Positions 8,845 through 17,203 of a stretch of 24,154 bases of DNA are shown here, piece by piece. The notes beneath the pieces are model-generated. The model saw nothing but the letters and a program-made list of their open reading frames with translations. It did not search any database and was not told the origin of the DNA. The position numbers and the translations under genes were made by a program. Each line of letters opens with the position of its first letter. Position 1 is the first letter of the stretch. This DNA is from a virus. Taxonomy: Duplodnaviria; Caudoviricetes. Location of the stretch: positions 1 to 24,154 of the IMG/VR virus record IMGVR_UViG_3300033509_000030; one strand, 5' to 3'.

Positions 8845-10347
8845 TTAGGTACCGATTTGGCCAGCGCTTGTGGGCAGAGCAGCAAGATTATCAATGCTGA
8901 TCGTCGTGGGCGAGGCGAGGAAGTCATAACCTTCAGTGGCAATAACGCCCTTGAGGCTGAACAGACCAATTCCTTTGTTGGCTGAGGCGAAACCGTAACG
9001 CTCGAAGAAAGCAGTCTCTTTGATTTGGTCAAAGTTCATGCTTTGCTCACGAGTGTAGAGGGTCTCGTCAACAACGTGGATACCGATGTCACGCGGGTCG
9101 ATCATAAGGATGTCCACAGCATACTTGCCACCTACGGCTTTGCCGTTGATGGTAGTACCCGAGGCCAACTTACGGATCGGAGCGAAGGGGCTCGTAATGA
9201 CGCGGAAGGGTTGTCCAAGAACCGAGATCGTTCCAGAGAACGTGGTATGGTTCGTAGCGATTTCTCCACCACGAGCGTTTCCACCCAGAGTCTTAGTAGC
9301 CCAGTTAGGAGCGAAGAGACCCTTGGTAAGTCCAGAGCCGACTTCGTTACGACCAGAGGATCCACCTTGAGGTCCTTGCCAAATCTGGCCACCATTGCTA
9401 GCAGCTTGATTACGGAGGATGCTGTTGTTGGCGAGTGCACGCCATCCCAGCGGGTGGATGATGATGGTGTTGAGGTCAGAACCTTGGGCAAGACCATGAG
9501 CATAGCATTCGAACAAGTCGTTGCTGGAGATAGTACCATTGCGGGTTCCATCTACGGCAGTTCCGTTCGTACGACCAAACTTGGAAGCAGAGTTGTCGGC
9601 GTTGCTATTGTCGAAGAGAACTTGAGTGGCGCTAGTTGCAGCGTCAAACAGGTTTTCAACGGCGAGGCGTTCCTTGAACATACCAAGAGCAATACCGCAC
9701 CACTTCAGTTGCAATGCGTACAAGTCGATGACGCTGTATTTAGCAGTGTCTTCGGAAATAGACGCTTTGATACCGACTTTACCAGTGGAAGCGGTAACCA
9801 TCGAACTGAAGTCTCCAGTAAGTTCGTTAGGCTCGGCTTCATCACCCAGGTAGAGGTTGATGGACATACCACCAGCCGACCATACTGGGAATTGGATCGA
9901 GGTACCACTGGAGAAACGGATCTGGTCATACAAGCTAAGGATGTTGCTTGTAGGGGCCATATGCTCGAGAACGATGTTGCTAACAACCTTCGGGAACAGG
10001 AAGGGCATGTCGTTACCGTGAACGGCGTCTTTGAAAGACTTGTGAACGACCTTGCCGGCGCTATTAACGAAACGACCGTTGTTCAAGAGGAAGTCACGGA
10101 TGCGGAAAGTTGCATCGATGGCGTCTTGATAGCTACGGCCTTCTGGGGTTTTTTCTTCCCAGCCTTGTTGTTCAAACACGTCGAAGACCTGGAAGGGGTC
10201 TTTGACGGTCAGTTCATCCCGTACTGCTTGCTCTTTCTTAGCGGCAGCGGAAAGTTCATCATGGATAAATCCACGGAGGATATCCTGTTGTCCATTGTCC
10301 AGAAGTTCTTGGTACTTCTTCTTGACTTCTTCATTGATTGCGGGCAT
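8845..10347 (-). CDS. Major capsid protein (HK97 fold), 500 aa, with a probable ~107-aa N-terminal propeptide
   Basis: Follows portal, protease and decoration genes. AGGAGG SD, strong codon bias and a downstream terminator. FLFPKVVSNIVLE, GKVGIKASISED, TIIIHPLGW and FFERYGF are HK97-fold-like segments. Confidence 0.9.
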   Translation of the reverse strand: MPAINEEVKKKYQELLDNGQQDILRGFIHDELSAAAKKEQAVRDELTVKDPFQVFDVFEQQGWEEKTPEGRSYQDAIDATFRIRDFLLNNGRFVNSAGKVVHKSFKDAVHGNDMPFLFPKVVSNIVLEHMAPTSNILSLYDQIRFSSGTSIQFPVWSAGGMSINLYLGDEAEPNELTGDFSSMVTASTGKVGIKASISEDTAKYSVIDLYALQLKWCGIALGMFKERLAVENLFDAATSATQVLFDNSNADNSASKFGRTNGTAVDGTRNGTISSNDLFECYAHGLAQGSDLNTIIIHPLGWRALANNSILRNQAASNGGQIWQGPQGGSSGRNEVGSGLTKGLFAPNWATKTLGGNARGGEIATNHTTFSGTISVLGQPFRVITSPFAPIRKLASGTTINGKAVGGKYAVDILMIDPRDIGIHVVDETLYTREQSMNFDQIKETAFFERYGFASANKGIGLFSLKGVIATEGYDFLASPTTISIDNLAALPTSAGQIGT

Positions 10348-10362
10348 GTTTGGATCCTCCTA

Positions 10363-11646
10363 TTAGATGATCATGAGGTTGGCGAAGAAAACATCAACGC
10401 CAGTCTCAGTGTTGCTATCAGCAGCACGTTTCTTGGCAAATTGACTTGCGGCTTCTTGGTCGGCTTCAATACCTTCTGACTCAGAGCCAGAAAGACCAAG
10501 ACCGGGAACAGTAACCATATACTTGTAGTTGGCTGCGTAAATGTCATGCTTGCTGAGGTAAGAAACTCCAGAGTTTCCTTCTTCGTTAGCATAGGCACGG
10601 GTTTGACGCTTGAGGCATCGTCCTACACGGTGCATCAAACCATAGGTCATGGCTTCAGCAACAGTAAGGTCGAGAGGATCAGCTACACCGAGTTGAGCAG
10701 CAACTTGGATAGCTACGACGTCAGTGGCGTCGGCAGAAGCAACCATGTTTGCGAAGTCTTTGACGGTCATCAAAGTACCAGGCAGCCAAGGATTAGGCAT
10801 CAGCATTGCACCAGTATACATACCTTCGATAGATACAGCAGTACCGCAGACATAGCTCATCTCGGAGAATCCGAGTTCAGAACGTACGACATAAGCAGTA
10901 GTGGAAGTTTGAAGGACACCAGAGCCGTTAACGACTCCAGCACTCAAACTGGTGACAGTGTGGGTACCGACGGGTACAACAGGGATACCATAGGTAAATC
11001 CAGTGTCAACGGGGTACATGTTGTTCCAGTGGGTTTTGACGGTCAGAGCACCAGCGTACTTTTGGTTAGCAAACACATCTTCCCAAGCAGTCGAAAGCGC
11101 GTGGGTGATGTTGTAACCAATCGGAGCATTACCACCGACGTAAGCTGAAGTCTGATTGTTACCGTACTTGGAGGTTACAATGCGAGTGAGGCTAGAGGGG
11201 ATAGTTACGCCACCATTAGTACCCGGAGTACCAGTTACGAAACTGTCGATGTCTACAGCTACGCCCTTGTCCATTTCACCGTAGAACAGCTTTTGGCGAA
11301 TACCAGCGTTGGCGGGCATAAGCTGATGGCAGAGTTCGAGGCGAGCAAAAACAGTAGCACTAGTAGAGGGAACTTCGACAGTGGCAAGACCCATCATGAT
11401 ACCGCCAGGCATCGTGTAGGTGCAACCGTTCCTGTCTAGGTCACGCCAGAGTCCGGGAAGGAATTTGGCAGTACGATAGTCTTCAGAGGGAGTGAATCCA
11501 GAGTTCTGTTCACGGAACTGAACATGGGCTTTACGGCCACGATCCCTTACGGCATCGATACCATAGCCACTGGAACCGTAACCATACACAGGCATGGTCT
11601 TAGCGCCATTGGCGAAGAGTTGTTTGTCAGAATTGTCGGTAGGCAT
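10363..11646 (-). CDS. Putative capsid decoration/minor capsid protein (427 aa)
   Basis: Lies between protease-scaffold and capsid genes. AAGGAG SD, capsid-like codon bias, Gly-rich beta-type sequence. The call is mainly positional. Confidence 0.6.
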   Translation of the reverse strand: MPTDNSDKQLFANGAKTMPVYGYGSSGYGIDAVRDRGRKAHVQFREQNSGFTPSEDYRTAKFLPGLWRDLDRNGCTYTMPGGIMMGLATVEVPSTSATVFARLELCHQLMPANAGIRQKLFYGEMDKGVAVDIDSFVTGTPGTNGGVTIPSSLTRIVTSKYGNNQTSAYVGGNAPIGYNITHALSTAWEDVFANQKYAGALTVKTHWNNMYPVDTGFTYGIPVVPVGTHTVTSLSAGVVNGSGVLQTSTTAYVVRSELGFSEMSYVCGTAVSIEGMYTGAMLMPNPWLPGTLMTVKDFANMVASADATDVVAIQVAAQLGVADPLDLTVAEAMTYGLMHRVGRCLKRQTRAYANEEGNSGVSYLSKHDIYAANYKYMVTVPGLGLSGSESEGIEADQEAASQFAKKRAADSNTETGVDVFFANLMII

Positions 11647-11657
11647 TGGTCAGCTCC

Positions 11658-12119
11658 TTAGAAGTCTAGTGAATTTTTGATGACGGTAGCAGTCTTTGCA
11701 GGAGCTACTACTACAGGCTTTGTGGGCTCTGCGGTGTCTTGAAGTGGATTGGCTACGTCAGCGGCGGCTACAACAGATTTCTTGTTGAATCCACCGGCTT
11801 GCTTTTGGGCAAGAAGGTCGGCGTAGAGATGTTCGACGACTTGAACAGGCTTCTTCAGATATGAATCTTTCAGGGCTTGTCTCTTGGAGTCGTCCAGTTT
11901 CTGAGCATCGGCAAAACCGAGCTCGGCGCGTAGGTCGATCACCTTGTCTACAGTTTGAGCAAGCAGCTTGTCGCTGAGCTCTTTACTGATAGCTTCCAGT
12001 GAGCTAACCTTTTGGGTCAGGTCAACAATCTTCTTGTCGGCCTCCGCCTTGCCAGCGCTCATATCCTCAACGGTTTTTTGAGCAGCTGCAAGGGCTTTTT
12101 TAAGGGCTTCGTCACCCAT
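11658..12119 (-). CDS. Nested in-frame scaffolding protein (153 aa; starts at Met419 of the protease ORF)
   Basis: GAGGA at 12131-12127, 7 nt upstream of an in-frame ATG at 12119. The product MGDEALKKALAAAQKTVEDM... is Ala/Lys/Glu-rich and heptad-like. Confidence 0.55.
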   Translation of the reverse strand: MGDEALKKALAAAQKTVEDMSAGKAEADKKIVDLTQKVSSLEAISKELSDKLLAQTVDKVIDLRAELGFADAQKLDDSKRQALKDSYLKKPVQVVEHLYADLLAQKQAGGFNKKSVVAAADVANPLQDTAEPTKPVVVAPAKTATVIKNSLDF

Positions 12120-13373
12120 ATGATTATCCTCGCTTGAGTTAGAAAAATTGGTTGCTTGTTGCTCATTAAGAGCTTTGATCCATCCTTCTTTATTACGACA
12201 GCGCAACTGATCAGTGTTAATTAGAGCCAAAGTAGCCTTAATCTCCGCTAGGTCAGTTACGGCAAACGGAATAGCAGGATGCGTCATAAACACCTTATCG
12301 AGCACACTTAACTGGCTATCACTCAAGCTTGCGGTATCTAGTATCTCCACTTCTTCCTTCTGTGCATCGGTTAGGACAACCATGCCTAGATCAGAGAAGT
12401 GCTTCAACACCCGTGCTTTATAGAATGCCTCATTAGTAATGGGCTTTTCGGCGGTGTCGCCGTCCTCTACTTTCTGCCCTGCCTGTTTCTGGCTATCTTG
12501 GTTTTCGCCAGGTTTTTGACTTGGAACACTTATTGTTTTGCTACTTACGTGTTTGTCTACGTCTAGGGATCGGATAGGATTTCCCTTGGCGTCTAAGATG
12601 CTCATTCTGGTTGGAAGATGCAAGATCTCCCATTGGCCATCCTCAGCATCCGAAAAATACCCCCACAAAGACGAGTCTTCGTTTCCAACGGAGTCTTTTA
12701 CCATTTGCATCATGATGTGCTTAGCGCTGGAATCAGCAGGCACATTCACGCTAGAGAGCTCGAAGTATTCAAGCTCACCAGTAACAACTGCACATTTTGA
12801 ATCGGCGTATTGACGCCCAGGGATATGATCACACTCGTGCTTCTCACCATCTTTATCACCATAGGTGCCCCACATATTAACAAAGTCTTTGTTCTTCTTG
12901 GAACAGATATTGCAGTAGGCGGCGTCACTTGATCCACCAACTGATACAGTTAGGTACCTGCCGTCCAAGAACTTCTCAATAGCTTCTTCGTCCATGATGT
13001 GGGATGTGATCTTTGTAAATCCAGAACCCTCTTTTGTAGGGTATTGCCAGTCGTTTATAAAGCGGGAACCCTTTACAGTAGGTTTATACTCAGCAGCTTT
13101 GATACGCCCGATGGGCTCACTACAGTCGTCATGATTCTTAATAAAGGGACGATCATATTCAGCTCCGTTGGCCATGCACCAGGTCTTACAACCATCCTTC
13201 ATTTTGGGGCCACGATAGATCCTATTATTGATGATCTTACCAGAAGTGGTAGCAATAGTGTCTACCTTGAGAATGCTACCAGCCTTATCCTTAAAAACGT
13301 TCCAAGCCTCATCAACGATCTGCACCTGCATCTCTGCTAGGTCACTGAAAGACTTTGATAGTTTTGTGGACAT
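11658..13373 (-). CDS. Prohead maturation protease (HK97/assemblin-type serine protease) fused to a C-terminal scaffold region (571 aa)
   Basis: PFIKNHD...PIGRI (catalytic His), DGRYLTVSVG (catalytic Ser) and FELSSVNVPAD. CNIC...CDH putative Zn insertion. Coiled-coil-like C-terminal part. Confidence 0.88.
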   Translation of the reverse strand: MSTKLSKSFSDLAEMQVQIVDEAWNVFKDKAGSILKVDTIATTSGKIINNRIYRGPKMKDGCKTWCMANGAEYDRPFIKNHDDCSEPIGRIKAAEYKPTVKGSRFINDWQYPTKEGSGFTKITSHIMDEEAIEKFLDGRYLTVSVGGSSDAAYCNICSKKNKDFVNMWGTYGDKDGEKHECDHIPGRQYADSKCAVVTGELEYFELSSVNVPADSSAKHIMMQMVKDSVGNEDSSLWGYFSDAEDGQWEILHLPTRMSILDAKGNPIRSLDVDKHVSSKTISVPSQKPGENQDSQKQAGQKVEDGDTAEKPITNEAFYKARVLKHFSDLGMVVLTDAQKEEVEILDTASLSDSQLSVLDKVFMTHPAIPFAVTDLAEIKATLALINTDQLRCRNKEGWIKALNEQQATNFSNSSEDNHMGDEALKKALAAAQKTVEDMSAGKAEADKKIVDLTQKVSSLEAISKELSDKLLAQTVDKVIDLRAELGFADAQKLDDSKRQALKDSYLKKPVQVVEHLYADLLAQKQAGGFNKKSVVAAADVANPLQDTAEPTKPVVVAPAKTATVIKNSLDF

Positions 13374-13399
13374 ATTTGCTATGTGGTCGTTAGACTTAG

Positions 13400-13453
13400 A
13401 TATTTTCTATAGATTTAAATTATGTCAATTATATCTTTAAGTGCCTTCGTCAA
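13400..13453 (-). promoter_or_regulatory. Candidate promoter region for the head genes
   Basis: AT-rich spacer between portal and protease. TTGACG (13453-13448), TATAAT (13433-13428) and TTGACA (13428-13423) are present, but spacings are non-canonical (14 nt for TTGACG-TATAAT; 15 nt for TTGACA-GAAAAT). Confidence 0.4.
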
Positions 13454-14969
13454 GCACTAATTCTTGTTCTACTGTGTCCTTGTTTTGCTTCGGTTTTGTT
13501 GTCGATGTTCCGTGTTGATTTGCTGGTTTTGTTTTGCTGGCTACGGCTGCTTTGGCTTTGGCTTGCTTCTCCGCAGCTTGTTCACCCTGATCGGCTGCAA
13601 TACGTTGTACTGTGTTACCAGCTGTATTATCCCATTCCTCTGAAGTTGTAAACGGACGACGACGCATTGACTTCCTAGCGTTGTCATGGGTCTCAAGCCC
13701 AGCGTTAAAAATGCCAACTTCGTGATTGTCTCGGGCGCGTGACTCTTCTGTATCAATAGGCCGAAATGCGAGCTCGACAAGATTTTCTGGGGCCCATGGA
13801 TCTTTTCCAAGAGAGAGCATTAGGGGAATAATAAGTTGCTCGCGGACCTCAGCTTCAAGACGCTTTTGGATACGGGTACACCTATCCACGCGCGAGGCGT
13901 TAAGTGATTGAGCAGTATTGCGGTTTGCTGTACCACCCTTACCAATATCAAGGTCAGATAGTCCAAGTCCTGAACGTGCCCGTTGGTCGAAGTGCTGTAG
14001 GTACTTGTCTATCTCCATGATTGTCTCACTCTGATCGATAGCTATCACTTCATGACGATGGGAGCTTACTATTACTCCAGAGCTAGGAAGGTTTTCAGCC
14101 TTGGCCCTGACTATAGCTACTTCAGATGTACCAGCTTCTTCATCTAGAGACGGGAGCTGATCGGTTCCTACACGATAGTGTAGCAATGGAAATAGGTGCT
14201 TGGAGATCAATAGCTGAACGAATTCCTCTAGGCGCCTAAGAAGTCTAACGTCATCAAGGGCAGCTAGCGTCCAGGGTGTACCAAACGTCTCACCATTCTT
14301 CCTATTCCAGGCAGCATGAAAGACATCGATGTCATTGAACTCTTTCTCTTTGTACCTGTAGTTGTCAGTGTTCTGGTACTTCCATTTTGTAATACGACCA
14401 CTCTTATGGTGCGGAGTCATGTACTGAGGCTCTACGATGAATACTCCAGCAATGGGTTTTAGCTCTTTACCACGATGGGTGTAGTCTTTGAACGGCGAGC
14501 CTGGATTGGCTTCATCACGTACAAATACTGCCATAGCGTTATTGTACCTGGTCATGCCAGATAGAAGCTGATCTAGGAACTCATGTATATGACTACGAGA
14601 TTGGTGTAGGATTTGGTGTATGCGAGTTTCGACAGTATCTACAAGAGCAGTATCTGGGCCAGTAAATTCAAAACCCTCTTTTATACATTGCTCTATAGTG
14701 AGTTGGAATGTTCTTGAGAAATATGGATCCGCATCTTCAGCTAGTGAAAACTCTTTGAACTGGTAATGCTTTGCCTTAGCTAAATCAGACCACCCATTCT
14801 CACCGTTTTTTGTAGGATCCTTAAAGGGTACCATCTCTACAGCTTTGGTGTAGTCTGCCTTGCTGGTCTTCGACTCACCCTTCCTGTTAGCGCCCTTGGT
14901 GATGGTGGGGATCAGAGGAGCAACAGATTCTCTATCGTGAAATAATACGTTTTCTACTACTAGAGGCAT
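13437..14969 (-). CDS. Portal protein (510 aa)
   Basis: Size and position before the protease fit. YNNAMAVFVRD, DVFHAAWN...FGTPWTLAALDDVRLLRRLE, ARSGLGLS...GKGGTANRNTA and VELAFRPID are portal-like segments. Confidence 0.88.
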   Translation of the reverse strand: MPLVVENVLFHDRESVAPLIPTITKGANRKGESKTSKADYTKAVEMVPFKDPTKNGENGWSDLAKAKHYQFKEFSLAEDADPYFSRTFQLTIEQCIKEGFEFTGPDTALVDTVETRIHQILHQSRSHIHEFLDQLLSGMTRYNNAMAVFVRDEANPGSPFKDYTHRGKELKPIAGVFIVEPQYMTPHHKSGRITKWKYQNTDNYRYKEKEFNDIDVFHAAWNRKNGETFGTPWTLAALDDVRLLRRLEEFVQLLISKHLFPLLHYRVGTDQLPSLDEEAGTSEVAIVRAKAENLPSSGVIVSSHRHEVIAIDQSETIMEIDKYLQHFDQRARSGLGLSDLDIGKGGTANRNTAQSLNASRVDRCTRIQKRLEAEVREQLIIPLMLSLGKDPWAPENLVELAFRPIDTEESRARDNHEVGIFNAGLETHDNARKSMRRRPFTTSEEWDNTAGNTVQRIAADQGEQAAEKQAKAKAAVASKTKPANQHGTSTTKPKQNKDTVEQELVLDEGT

Positions 14970-17203
14970 TAGATCAATCCTCGGAGAAGTTCAGACGCAC
15001 GATAACGGAAAGCCCCGCAGTTAGCGCTGTACCGGTCGATTGTCTCGACTAGACTTTCGCCCACGTAGGTTCGGTGTATAGAAACGGCTGGTTTCAACTC
15101 TGGGTCCTTAGGGTCTTCAAACGGGTGAACCAACGATAGGGAGCTGTCATTAGACAGAGCACCCTTTTTGTTAATAGCGTCGTACAAAGCCTTATTGCTT
15201 TGCACAGCGCTCTGAATGTCTCCACTAGGCTGAGCGCTAAAACGGTCAATGATGGGTAGTGCATCGGGGTGGATATCTGATGGGGCTAGGCTGTCAGTGT
15301 TACAAAGTTGGCCGTTTTCTAGGGCGAATATGATGGCGTCAAGTATGCCTATTATATTACGGTACCTCGTAGTTCCATTCATTGTAATAACCCCGTCCTC
15401 AATTTGCAACTCGAACGTCAGAAGCGCCCCTAGTATTTCTTCTATAAAATCTTGCAGCAGGGCCTCAAACTCGGTTATGATTCTAAGCAACAATTTTGCC
15501 ATGTCGATGATGGGGGTACAGAAAGCAATGAACTGATGCTCACGCTCGAGGTTGTCTATCCACTCCAAAATGGGTTCCTTTATCTTACCCATCAACTTGG
15601 CTAGCTCAGAGATAGCGTAGCTCATGATCTTTGTTTTTAGATCACCAAATAGGCCGTTAACAATATCCTCTAGAAGACTACCGTAGTCAATCTTGAATCC
15701 GTTACCAAAGGCTTTAAGTACAGAGCTCATGTTCTTGAGGAAGTCTAGGTCATCGGCTAGAAACTTCAGCAAACAGCAGACGAGTTCTGGGGTGTACTTG
15801 TTGTTCTGCATCAGGCTCATGTAGTAATCACTAGTAGCTCCAGAACGTGCAGCGTAGGCGTTTGACTCATGGATGTAGCTAGAGATGTTAAAATCAAGGG
15901 CCTTTCCTGTTCCATTGGCGTACTTAGAGATTGGCCTATCTGGGTCTATCAGGACTGGTACTCGAAGATCAGGACCTCTACTACTAAGTGGCCGGTCCAC
16001 TCCGCGTAGAGAGCGTGTACTAACGAAGTTAGGGGATATCTCAGACCGTACTATTTCACGTTCTATGGTGTACCCTGGGGCACGCCAACTAGTATCTAGT
16101 TGAGACTCGTTGATGATGCGTTCTAGCTTATCAGCCTCATTAGATGTCCCGTCTAGGCTAGTAGCTATATCTCCCATCTGTAGCTTACGTATAACAGCAA
16201 TGGCATATATCAACCAGGGAGTAAAGTTCTTTTGACTCTTCTGAATATCGATCTGACGCATAGCATAGGAAAAGATGATTTCATCGTCGTCTGTCTCTGG
16301 TAGCATCATCTGCTTAATTTCATCAGGAGGATTGTCATAGATCTCTCGTATCTTTTCCTCGTACTCAGCTTTAAGGCCCTCGTCTACGTCTGGAGGTAAA
16401 ACCTTTGCAGCTAAGACTGTAGTTTGAGCTTTAGTAAGACCATGGGCTATTGCAAACAGCACAACAGCCTCAGCTACCCTTATCAGGATTAGCTGGATCT
16501 TTAGTATAAGCCTTGCACGTTTAGCTGCCTTCTCTGCTGGATCCTTGGTAGCAGCAACATCAGCGTCAGCGTCCTTAGTCTCATCCTCCAGATCTTTCTT
16601 AGCCGTGAACATAGGAGCTATCTTGTGGAACTGATCCATTAGCAAAAAGGCTAGAAAAGCTACACCAAGTTGTTTCCACAAAGCTGATTCAGCCTTTCCG
16701 CCATCTGGAGCTTCATTGTCTACGTACTGATCTACCTGAATGTTATTGTTTAACAGGCCGTACAGATTACCTATGTTTATCTCATTGAGCTGAGAGTTTA
16801 GATCACCTATGCTACGTAGGTATTCTACTACTGATTCCTGCCGTTGTGCAGCGGCATCAACGATACGTTTGAACAACGGGTAACGTATTACAGTTCCAAA
16901 TTCAGATTCAGCCTGATAACCTCTTTGAAGTGCGAGCCTAACCTGATAGGTCTCCTGACTGTTATCACGTTCAGCTGATGGGATGGAGATGTACACCTCT
17001 GGCTCAGATCTAGCTATTACATCTGACACCTCTAGGATCTTTGCATTCTTATCAAAGGCTAGGGCTAGATTGTCGATGGTGATGTCTGCACGGAGTTGGT
17101 CATCATCCAACTCAGCTAATTTCTCGAGACGTATGGCGTGCTCGCTTTGGGCTGTGTCTACTACCCGCTCTTTCTTTACTTTCTTTCTTTGATTACCGTA
17201 CAT
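14969..17203 (-). CDS. Hypothetical, largely alpha-helical protein (744 aa) between terminase and portal
   Basis: Long ORF coupled to both neighbours (TAAATG upstream, TAATG downstream). No family recognised. Confidence 0.8.
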   Translation of the reverse strand: MYGNQRKKVKKERVVDTAQSEHAIRLEKLAELDDDQLRADITIDNLALAFDKNAKILEVSDVIARSEPEVYISIPSAERDNSQETYQVRLALQRGYQAESEFGTVIRYPLFKRIVDAAAQRQESVVEYLRSIGDLNSQLNEINIGNLYGLLNNNIQVDQYVDNEAPDGGKAESALWKQLGVAFLAFLLMDQFHKIAPMFTAKKDLEDETKDADADVAATKDPAEKAAKRARLILKIQLILIRVAEAVVLFAIAHGLTKAQTTVLAAKVLPPDVDEGLKAEYEEKIREIYDNPPDEIKQMMLPETDDDEIIFSYAMRQIDIQKSQKNFTPWLIYAIAVIRKLQMGDIATSLDGTSNEADKLERIINESQLDTSWRAPGYTIEREIVRSEISPNFVSTRSLRGVDRPLSSRGPDLRVPVLIDPDRPISKYANGTGKALDFNISSYIHESNAYAARSGATSDYYMSLMQNNKYTPELVCCLLKFLADDLDFLKNMSSVLKAFGNGFKIDYGSLLEDIVNGLFGDLKTKIMSYAISELAKLMGKIKEPILEWIDNLEREHQFIAFCTPIIDMAKLLLRIITEFEALLQDFIEEILGALLTFELQIEDGVITMNGTTRYRNIIGILDAIIFALENGQLCNTDSLAPSDIHPDALPIIDRFSAQPSGDIQSAVQSNKALYDAINKKGALSNDSSLSLVHPFEDPKDPELKPAVSIHRTYVGESLVETIDRYSANCGAFRYRASELLRGLI

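Noticed and set aside
8832-9032. Possible programmed frameshift extending the capsid protein
   Set aside because: The alternative frame ends only 13 nt past the capsid stop, no slippery site was seen, and a terminator follows.
10348-10365. Decoration and capsid genes are in the same frame (possible readthrough fusion)
   Set aside because: They are separated by tandem TAA TAG, and the capsid gene has its own AGGAGG SD.
9025-10479. 484-aa + strand ORF antisense to the capsid gene (and the 200-aa ORF at 10546-11148)
   Set aside because: Exactly codon-aligned with the sense genes and explained by avoidance of TTA/CTA/TCA. No recognisable protein features.
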